From positions 2,083 to 66,082 of the forward strand of contig DASRSD010000039.1 of the NCBI GenBank assembly GCA_035656635.1: a DNA stretch of 64,000 nt, read 5' to 3'. The stretch comes from Pirellulales bacterium. Lineage in GTDB: Bacteria; Planctomycetota; Planctomycetia; Pirellulales; JADZDJ01. The notes below the pieces were generated by a model, which ran no database searches, was not told where the DNA came from, and saw only the letters and a list, made by a program, of their open reading frames with translations. Within the stretch, counting starts at the first letter, position 1; each line of letters begins with the position of its first letter. Positions 53,801-62,028 of the stretch are shown one piece after another. A program made the translations under genes and the position numbers.

Positions 53801-55538
53801 CCACGCCTGGGCGCTGCGACTCCGCAAGGCGGGATTCACCTTTGAACGGAACCAGCTCGAAGACAGGACCTGGCGGCTCGTCCTCCGCAATCAGCCCTAC
53901 TCTGATCTCTCCCTGCTCGCCGGCGCTGCGATCACCCAGCTAGACGTGGGATATACCAAAGTATCCGACCTGTCTCCGCTCAAATCGATGTCCCTGACAC
54001 ACCTCGACGTCAGCGGCACCCCGGTCGAAGACATCGCCGCGCTCCGGGGAATGAAGTTGGAATGGATCTCGCTCTTCCGCACTCGGGTGCGCGATCTGTC
54101 GCCGCTGTCGGGGATGCCGATCAAGTACATGGAACTGCGCGCCTGCGATCAGCTCACCGACGTCATGCCGCTGGGCCAAATCCCCAGCCTTGAGTCAATA
54201 CATCTGCCTGCCCACGCCGCTGACCTCGAGCCGTTGCGTAAGCTGCCGAACCTTAAAAACATTTTGTTCGGCAGCGTCGAATGCACGGCCAAGGACTTCT
54301 GGAAGACCTGGGACGGCCTGCCCTGGGCGCGGAAGCTAGAAGCAGCGGGCATCACCTTCGACATCGAGCAACTGTCGGACGGGTACTACGACGTGAGGGT
54401 GCACGATCCGAAATTCACCGATTGCTCCATCTTTACAGGGTCGAATGTTCGCTCTGTTGATCTGGACAGCAGCGGTGTGACCGACCTGAGCCCGCTGGCC
54501 GACTTGCCGCTCAAGATCCTGAACCTGCGGGATACCAAGGTGACCGATCTATCGCCGCTCCGCTCGCCGGTGCTGCGCGATGCGCTCCGCGAAATCCGTC
54601 TGTGGAAGACCAAGATCGCCGATTTTTCTCCTATTGCGGAGTGTAAGAACCTGGAGGTGTTCGACGCGTCGGACACTCTGCTGCCCGATCTCTCGGTCGT
54701 CAAGGGAATGAAGCTGCGGACCCTTAACGTCGAGCGAACCAGCGTGACGGATATCGCTCCGCTGACGGGCATGCCGCTGGAGGATGTCTACCTCCGCGGC
54801 ACCAAGGTCACCGACATCTTGCCGCTGCTAAAGTGCCCGACGCTCAAGTCGCTGATGCTGCCTGAGGATGCGCGGGATTTCGAATCACTCCACGCACTGC
54901 CGAACCTGACGCGCATCTCCTACACCTCCGCCCGGAACGATGGCCCAGACATGACCGCCGACCAGTTCTGGACCGCCAACAAAGATGAACCGTGGCTTGC
55001 GGCGCTCCGCAAAACCAACCTCACCTACAAAACCCGCCTCCTCAAGGACGGCTCTTGGGAGCTGATCCTCGATCATCAGCCCATCTCTGACCTTTCGATG
55101 CTTAAGGGCGCGTCGATCACGCGGCTCTCGATTGCGTCCACCCCTGTGGCGGATCTGTCGCCACTGCGCGGTATGAAGCTGACGTTCCTGAGAATCTCGG
55201 GAACGAAGGTGTCCGACTTGAGCCCCATTCGTGGGATGCCCATTACTAACGTGACCATGACTGAAACCAACGTGCGTGATCTGACGCCGCTGGTCGGCAT
55301 GCCGCTTCGCTCCCTGAACATGCCCGACTGCAAGCAGATTGCGGACCTGTCGCCGTTGGCGGAGATCAAGACACTGGAAAGTGTGATCCTTCCGCCCGAC
55401 ACGAAGAACATTGAGGGCCTTCGCAAGCTCCCTAATCTCAAGCGGCTTGGATACAAATTTAGCGGCAGTAGCGCCGACCAGACCGTCCAGGAATTCTGGG
55501 CCGCGTACGACCGCACCAAAAGCGCTAGTGCGCCCTAG
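53730..55538 (+). pseudogene. leucine-rich-repeat domain remnant lacking its own 5' end (the ORF track starts it at GTG 53946)
   Basis: The reading frame is open from 53655 and coherent from [21 protein letters not shown] (53730), with no ATG. It has about 20 LRR units (L..L.L..T.V.DLSPL.GM.L) arranged in three super-modules. It is in a different frame from the kinase fragment. Confidence 0.55.
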
Positions 55539-55661
55539 CTAAGTTGGATCGCCCCACAGCTCCATCAAGTCGTTGGCGTTGGACAGACACCTGGCAAGCA
55601 ACATCTGCCAAAGCCTGATCCCGCTGCAATGCAATACCCAATACGTGGTGTCCCGCTATAA

Positions 55662-56414
55662 GCGATCGCGTTCATAGCCCCGTATCGCGTCCATCGCATC
55701 GTTACGACGTGGGACGCGGCCGGCTGGCGACCCAGCCAAGGCGACCTGGATCGCTACGGGCGCCAGATTCCCGATGAGGAATACCATACCAACGAGTTCG
55801 AAAGAATCGTTTCGTTGAAGGCACGAACCGAAGCAGTCTCGCGCCATTTGACCGATTATTTGAAGCGTACCGACCGATTTGCCAAAACCATCGTATTCTG
55901 TGTCGATCAGGAACATGCCGACGAAATGCGACGGGCACTCAATAATCTCAATGCCGATCTCGTTCGCGACAATCCCGATTACGTGTGCCGCGTCACCTCC
56001 GATGAAGGTGACATTGGCCGCGGCCATCTCAGCAATTTCCAGGACCTTGAGCGGCGCACTCCTGTCATTCTGACTACATCGCAGTTGCTTACGACTGGTG
56101 TTGACGCCCCCACAGTGCAAAATATCGTGCTAGTTCGGATCATCAACTCGATGACCGAATTCAAGCAGATCATCGGCCGTGGTACTCGCGTCCGTGACGA
56201 CTACGGCAAACTGTTTTTCAGCATTTTGGATTACACGGGTTCCGCCACTCGATTGTTCGCGGACCCAGATTTTGACGGCGACCCGTCCATCGAGACCGAA
56301 GTAACTATCGATGAGGAAGGGGAACCGGTGAGCGAGGAAACGATCGTTACCAGCGCACCTACTTGGAAGGTTTGCGCAAGCACTTCGGAGAGGGAACATT
56401 TGACACAGTCCTGA
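55662..56414 (+). pseudogene. hsdR: type I restriction enzyme R subunit (HsdR), internal/C-terminal fragment
   Basis: FIAPYRVHRIVTTWDAAGWRPSQGDLDRYGRQIPDEEYHTNEFERIV, AKTIVFCVDQEHADEMRRAL, VCRVTSDEGDIG, ILTTSQLLTTGVDAPTVQNIVLVRIINSMTEFKQIIGRGTR, LFFSILDYTGSATRLFADPDFDG correspond to helicase lobe 2 of HsdR. The nuclease and DEAD-box lobe 1 are missing. Faint traces in other frames run upstream to about 55560, and the 3' end is frameshifted. Confidence 0.8.
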
Positions 56415-57449
56415 ATGACTTGGCACAGTTTGAGCAAAGTGCCACCGACCGAATCCCCATCACACTCCGCGCCCCGAAAAGCCAAGCAGCCAGCATTGCC
56501 CGCAAATTCGTCGATGAAGTCTGCCGACGCATCGCGGACAAATCCCAAGGCAGCCAGCGCCTTGGAGCGCACCCTGAACCTGCCACCGCAACTGCCGCTG
56601 GCAACTGAGACCCCCGCGACCCCAGGGGAACAGCGCGGGCGCCGGCAATTGAAAGGGGCCTTTTTAATTGAGATTGCACGTCTCCGTCCCGATCCATCCC
56701 AACCGCGCCGGCGCGTTGATGATGAATCGATTGCTGAATTAGCAGCTTCCATCCGCCGGCACGGCGTTATTCAAGCGATAAGTGTCCGTTACCTTCCTGA
56801 CCAAGACATCTACCAGATCATCAGCGGTGAACGCCGCTATCAGGCGGCCAAACTCGCGGGGCTTTCGGCAATCCCCTGTTTGATTCACGATCCCAAACAA
56901 CGAGACTTACTTCTTAGGCAGGTGGTCGAGAATTGGCAACGCCGAGAACTGCATCCCTTCGATCTGGCAGACGCTCTCGCACAACTCCGTGACGACAATA
57001 AATTCACGCAGAAGCAACTCGCCCAGGAGACCGGCAAACCGGAAGCGGAAATCTCCAAGTTCCTAAAACTTTTGGAACTAGCGCCGGCGGTCCAGAAGGA
57101 ATCTCGCGCCGACACCACCGGTGTATTATCTTTTAGACACCTATACAACATTGCCCGCTTAGAGCCCGCGGAGCAGGAAGCGATGGCCAGCGCAGTGCGG
57201 GAGCAGCGGCTTTCCGCCGTCGAAACGGAGCAATTGGTTCGCAAGACCATCGAGCGCCGCACGGCTCCTCCGAAGCGAGGCACGCCGGTCACCAAAGTAG
57301 AACTGCTAACCAGCAAAGCGAAAGTGACGCTGTTGTTTCGAAAGCAGGCACCGAATCGCAATGACATTCTCACGGCGTTGGAGGAGGCGCGGACCAAAGC
57401 CAAGGACATCGGCAAAAAAACGACGCTTAAAATCCACCGACCGAAATAG
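56415..57449 (+). CDS. ParB/Spo0J-like partition or nuclease-domain protein
   Basis: IEIARLRPDPSQPRRRVDDESIAELAASIRRHGVIQAISVR....YQIISGERRYQAAKLAGLSAIPCLI (ParB N-domain GERR box), followed by an HTH (FTQKQLAQETGKPEAEISKFLKLLEL). The start is uncertain; an internal Met lies at 56514. Confidence 0.8.
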   Translation: MTWHSLSKVPPTESPSHSAPRKAKQPALPANSSMKSADASRTNPKAASALERTLNLPPQLPLATETPATPGEQRGRRQLKGAFLIEIARLRPDPSQPRRRVDDESIAELAASIRRHGVIQAISVRYLPDQDIYQIISGERRYQAAKLAGLSAIPCLIHDPKQRDLLLRQVVENWQRRELHPFDLADALAQLRDDNKFTQKQLAQETGKPEAEISKFLKLLELAPAVQKESRADTTGVLSFRHLYNIARLEPAEQEAMASAVREQRLSAVETEQLVRKTIERRTAPPKRGTPVTKVELLTSKAKVTLLFRKQAPNRNDILTALEEARTKAKDIGKKTTLKIHRPK

Positions 57450-57725
57450 GACCAGTATTTGGCTTATGCAAGCCAATCTGTGCAAAAGTTTCTCCGAGAA
57501 ACTCCACGCTTGCGCAAAGAGAAAGATCATTGCACCGTATTGGACCGAACATGACGATGAAAATCTAATTTTCCGAATGGATTCTCAAGACACATCGCGC
57601 GAGCACATCTTTATGCCGTACCAATGTACCCTTGGGGTTGCATTGTCTATTGACCATGATCTATCACAACAGTGCGTGAATTTTGCGATTGTTGAGCGCA
57701 GGCGTACGAACACGGAGCAAAAATT

Positions 57726-58463
57726 ATGCAGTCCGAATCGGACATCCCGCAACTTCGCGTACAACGAGAACTCGATAGCTCGTCGGGTTCAGTTCAATTG
57801 AGATACTTCTGGGACAACCGCGAGATCCAAAAGGTTGCCATTTCCGGAGTCGTCGCCGAGCGGCTTGCTGGCCTCACGCTGATCCAAAAGGATCTCGTCA
57901 ATGCGCTTGGGTGGATCAAAAAGGCATCCGCACTCATTGATACCATCGCGGTAGCTGGAGACGGTACCTACCATCAGGTGGCAGACCGGGAGATCGGAAA
58001 CCAAGTAAAGGCGTTTTTTGTGGCAGCCCTCACGTTTTACGGAAAAGCGTTCACAGAAGCATCGGGCCGACGGGCGCAACTATCGAAAGATACGCTAGAT
58101 TCCGAGTTTCGCGCTACACACGACGACTACATTTCCTATCGTCACAATATGGCGGCACATAGTGGATCAGCCAAGATTGAATCCGCGAAATCCTTCATGC
58201 TCCTCATCCCAGTCGGTAAAAATAAGTTCGGCTTTCGCATACACACCAATCGCCTGCAACCAGATTTCGCATGGTCAGACGATATCCGCGATCAATTTAC
58301 GTCACTCATTGAGCATGCAATTGCAAAGGTCTCTGAGCAGCACGAAAACTTATCGGTACGCATTATCGATGCGGCAGCGGCGAAGGGTCTCGAATTTTGG
58401 ATGCGAGCGTCTGTGAAGTCGGAAGCGTTTGACGTAGATGCTCTCGTAAAGCCAAAGCGCTGA
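57726..58463 (+). CDS. hypothetical protein with Rx5H (HEPN-like) motif
   Basis: 245-aa ORF in a lower-GC patch, with GGAG 8 nt upstream of the ATG. Predicted to be mostly helical. YISYRHNMAAHSG (R at 58140, H at 58158) resembles the R-x4-6-H motif of HEPN/Abi-type RNases. No family assigned. Confidence 0.55.
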   Translation: MQSESDIPQLRVQRELDSSSGSVQLRYFWDNREIQKVAISGVVAERLAGLTLIQKDLVNALGWIKKASALIDTIAVAGDGTYHQVADREIGNQVKAFFVAALTFYGKAFTEASGRRAQLSKDTLDSEFRATHDDYISYRHNMAAHSGSAKIESAKSFMLLIPVGKNKFGFRIHTNRLQPDFAWSDDIRDQFTSLIEHAIAKVSEQHENLSVRIIDAAAAKGLEFWMRASVKSEAFDVDALVKPKR

Positions 58464-58762
58464 CACTGCAAATAGTACGGCGCTTCGCCTACTGGGATGC
58501 CGACCGCGACGGCTGCTTTTGCCTCGCATCCTTTCGGGCGTACTGGCATCACCTTTTGCGCCAGACATTTATTATTAGCCCAATAACCCCGGCCAAAGCC
58601 GTGGATTCTTTCAAATGCCGCGGCGCTGTTCTCGGCCCAGATCGTCAACCGATTCTGCCCGCGTTATGGCGCCCGGCAATGGTAAGGTTCTGCGCTATAG
58701 AACGCTCAATCCCCTACCGCGGCCTGCCGCAAAAAGATCGCCCCCGAACCTTGGGCCGGGGC

Positions 58763-60124
58763 ATGACGCAGTTGTCATTGGTCGAGCATTCCCTCTGCCC
58801 CCTCGATACCGAAGCGTCGCTCCGTCCGGGTTTGATCCACGAGGCAGGTTATTTCTTCACCGACAAGGATGGCACCCGCCGCAAGGCGACCGCCCGCGTG
58901 ATTTCTCCGGAAGGACTCTCGGCCTACGATGAATTGTATTTATGGGGATTGCTAGCACTCACGTTCTCACAAGCGGAACCAGGCGTCGAGTTCACTGCTA
59001 CGCCGCATTATTGTCTACGCCAGTTGGGATTGATTGAAGACAAGCACCACCGCGGCGGCGAGACCTACCGGTTGTTCCGCGACGCGATCGAGCGGCTGTC
59101 CGCCGTCACCTATCAAAATGACAACTTCTACGACCCCATTCGTGGTGAACACTGCCGCGTCGGATTTGGATTCTTGAGCTACCGGCTGCCGCTGAATTCC
59201 GATTCCTCACGAGCTTGGCGGTTTTACTGGGACCCACTGTTGTTTGAAATCTGTCAGGCAACCGGCAGTGCCTTGGCGTTCGACTTGGAAACCTACCGTC
59301 AATTGGATACCGCTACTCGGCGACTCTACTTGCTGCTGAAAAAAATGTTTTGGAAGAAAACATCCTCCCTGCATTTCGACGTGCGGCACCTGGGAGTGAA
59401 CGTGCTGGGATATTCCCCCACCCTCAAACCCTGGCGCTTGAAGGAAAAGCTGATCGGTTCCGTGCGGAAGCTTGTCGATCAAGGCATTCTTGCTCCGCCG
59501 CCGGAAGGATCGATGAAGAATCTGTTCCGCAAGCAGCACAAGGGGCAGTACAGTATCCTGTTCCAGCGGGGACCGAATTTCGATCGAACTACAACCACCA
59601 AAGTCAACGTCGATTCCCCGCACTACGAACTGCTGCAAGCGATCGGCTTCGAGCAGCCGGCCATCGCCCGACTGTTGCGCACCTACCCGCCCAGGCTTAT
59701 CGGCGAGTGGGCGGACATTACCCTAGCCGCCCGCGAACGCAACGGCGAGAAGTTTTTCACCACGAGTGCCCAGGCGTTCTTCGTAGATAACATCAAACAT
59801 GCCGCCGCCGGAACCCGGACGCCGCCCGACTGGTGGCGGGAACTCCGCAAGCTGGAAGAGCAGCAACGCCGCCGCCATGCCGCGGATAATTCTGATCTGA
59901 CCTTGGACCAGTATTTGAAAACCGAGGCCCGTGAGGCTTTCGCCCGCGTGACCGATCGCATCTTCGGCGATCTGATTGCCGGTGGCAAAACGGAGGCCGA
60001 GGCTCGTGAGCAGGCCGACCGAATCGCCCGCAATAATTTGAAAGTGCAGTTCTACCGGGAACACCCGGAATGCCGACCAACCGATCCGCCCACCAATCCC
60101 ATCGTGGATCATTCGGATGAGTGA
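58763..60124 (+). CDS. replication initiator protein A (RepA/RPA-family-like)
   Basis: MTQLSLVEHSLCPLD..., SPEGLSAYDELYLWGLLAL, YCLRQLGL...GGETYRLFRDAIERLSAVTYQN, TRRLYLLLKKMFW follow the layout of plasmid RPA-type initiators. The longest ORF starts at 58556. Confidence 0.65.
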   Translation: MTQLSLVEHSLCPLDTEASLRPGLIHEAGYFFTDKDGTRRKATARVISPEGLSAYDELYLWGLLALTFSQAEPGVEFTATPHYCLRQLGLIEDKHHRGGETYRLFRDAIERLSAVTYQNDNFYDPIRGEHCRVGFGFLSYRLPLNSDSSRAWRFYWDPLLFEICQATGSALAFDLETYRQLDTATRRLYLLLKKMFWKKTSSLHFDVRHLGVNVLGYSPTLKPWRLKEKLIGSVRKLVDQGILAPPPEGSMKNLFRKQHKGQYSILFQRGPNFDRTTTTKVNVDSPHYELLQAIGFEQPAIARLLRTYPPRLIGEWADITLAARERNGEKFFTTSAQAFFVDNIKHAAAGTRTPPDWWRELRKLEEQQRRRHAADNSDLTLDQYLKTEAREAFARVTDRIFGDLIAGGKTEAEAREQADRIARNNLKVQFYREHPECRPTDPPTNPIVDHSDE

Positions 60125-60155
60125 CAGACCTCTTTCTTGAGGCGATTCCGTTCGT

Positions 60156-60178
60156 CACCTGCCGCGGTAGCGGCAGTG
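60156..60178 (+). terminator. hairpin after repA (no clear U-tract)
   Basis: CACCTGCCGC-GGTA-GCGGCAGTG, 32 nt after the repA stop. Confidence 0.3.
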
Positions 60179-60334
60179 TTCAGTAAATAGACTTTCTGAT
60201 AAGCAATCCCCTATTTGTTTCCATTATTATTTGTAGACATCTATTTGGGTCTGCACGACCACCAGTGAGAAGAATCGGCCTATGGGGCAAGAATTGTTCT
60301 CCTGATCGCCAAATTACATCCGGCAAAGCTGCCA

Positions 60335-60388
60335 AAAACCACACGCCAACTCCACCACCATTCACTCAAAACCACACGCCAACTCCAC
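60335..60388. repeat. two perfect 21-bp direct repeats (iteron candidates)
   Basis: AAAACCACACGCCAACTCCAC at 60335-60355 and 60368-60388, a 33-bp period. They lie 210 nt downstream of repA and next to an AT-rich stretch (60181-60260). Confidence 0.5.
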
Positions 60389-61063
60389 TACTTGCTAGAA
60401 ATCATTACTGTTTTGCAATGGACAATCAGTACATTCCAAAAAAAACAGTCCCTTGATATTCACCACACTGACAGACCCCGCTGCGAGTGCGCAACCACTT
60501 GCGTCCACCCGCTGGTCCATCAGTAGAGCCGTCGGCGGCCAAGGCCGACTGACGGACGGCTCACTGATGCGGCACTCACGCCTCTATGAGGATGCACCGC
60601 TCGGACGGCTATCGCCGCCGAGGCCACCCCCTCCGACACGCCGGCCGCGCTCTCGCGCAGACCTTTGGCGGCTGCGGTGGTGGCCTCGGCTGCTCGGCTC
60701 AGGGCAGCCAAGCCGCCTCGCGGGCATCGCACACCACCGCTGTTGGCGGAGTGGCGCGGCAGCGCGTTGTCTTCACCGGCCTATGCGGCCGGCGTGACGC
60801 CGCGGCGGAGGCCGCGGAGCCGGAAGCGCCGTCGGTTCTGTTACACGATCCATAGGCACTACCAATGTTTTGATATTGCAAGATCGTCGTGCGCTGACGG
60901 CTCGGGGCGGATTGCTATTCCGATCACACTTCTTGGATGCAATCTGGTGCGTTGTGTCGGGTGTGATTTACCACGACAGGCATTCACACAAAAACTCATG
61001 AGGACCAAAGTCGGCGGTCTTTTAGCGTGCGTTAAGAAACGCTCGAATTTGGCCGCATTCTCG

Positions 61064-61921
61064 TCACCCGTCTACCTGTTCCAATGACTGCGGACGCCGT
61101 GGCCGATGTGGAACAAGCGTCGACAAGTGACCGTTGCACTGAATATAGTTTGAGCCAGCTTCTAGACAATGCTCGCAGGATGCGCAATCGTCGTTAACGT
61201 TTGCATATGGCTTACCCCGCCAGACGCGCACTGCAATCGGGCACCAGTCGACATGAACGGCGAGACCCCGTCGAATCGTTGGCTTGCGAAGTGTTTGAGA
61301 CATAAGCCGCTTGTACTCGGCTTGTTCGCGAGCATTGAAAATCCAGCGTTTGTTATCGATACCATTAACGACAAGCTCTGCAATGGCGTCCATTGGCATG
61401 TCCCGTGGTGCGTCGCTCAGGTCAATCTCCACCGCAGAGACCCGCAGATCGCGAATTCGTTGCAGTTTATTGCTGTCGACTGGATGAGTGACGTAAACTT
61501 CGATGAAAAGATCACGGTTGCCAATGCGAGCAATCAAATCGGGAACCAGACCATCGACGCGCTGCTCGATCCGGACAGAATCGATTTCGTACATCTGCGC
61601 CGGGGCAATTTCATGCGCCGAGCGATTCGACTTAAATTCAATGCGTACAGCCGGAAGCCGGATTACACGTAGCCGATCAAGGATGTCCTTCGCAGCCAAA
61701 TGTAGCGCGGTTTCGGTAGCATATCTGCAGGAATCCGATGCATGGTGTGCAAAATGATGTTCACGCCGCGTCGCTTTACGAGCGACGAGTGGGGATGAAC
61801 ATCTCGGGCAAACGCACCCACAGGCGAGGCCGGAATCGACCTGTGATATGTGCAGCAATGCGTTTTCACGGAGTCCGTAGGGCAGACGGATCTTTGTCAT
61901 AATGTCGCCCCTGCGCATCAC
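61064..61921 (-). CDS. CoiA-like nuclease family protein with extra C-terminal Cys-rich region
   Basis: GLACGCVCPRCSSPLVARKATRREHHFAHH..DSCRYATETALHLAAKDIL (CoiA N-terminal Zn finger and HFAH motif). VPDLIARIGNRDLFIEVYVTH is PD-(D/E)xK-like. C-terminal WCP...DDCASCEHC..QCNGH. Confidence 0.62.
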   Translation of the reverse strand: MMRRGDIMTKIRLPYGLRENALLHISQVDSGLACGCVCPRCSSPLVARKATRREHHFAHHASDSCRYATETALHLAAKDILDRLRVIRLPAVRIEFKSNRSAHEIAPAQMYEIDSVRIEQRVDGLVPDLIARIGNRDLFIEVYVTHPVDSNKLQRIRDLRVSAVEIDLSDAPRDMPMDAIAELVVNGIDNKRWIFNAREQAEYKRLMSQTLRKPTIRRGLAVHVDWCPIAVRVWRGKPYANVNDDCASCEHCLEAGSNYIQCNGHLSTLVPHRPRRPQSLEQVDG

Positions 61922-62028
61922 AGGTATTCAACCGCCGAAGTGCGATTAAGCATTGCGGCATTTTGGCGGCCGAATGTGCAACAGTCAATCTTGGTATATT
62001 ATTCTTCGATATAAATGGCGACGACTCG

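Noticed and set aside
60335-60388. The direct repeats as a CRISPR array.
   Set aside because: There are only two copies of 21 bp with a 12-bp spacer, and no cas genes. The context next to repA favours iterons.
60453-61087. ORFs in the GC-rich stretch between the iterons and the CoiA-like gene (60453..60797, 60520..60732, 60665..61087, 60699..60881).
   Set aside because: Four mutually overlapping frames on both strands are open, all Ala/Arg/Pro-rich and none with a motif or plausible start context. One Ala-rich minus frame (AAEATTAAAKGLRESAAGVSEGVASAAIA) might be a real small protein, but I cannot support it.
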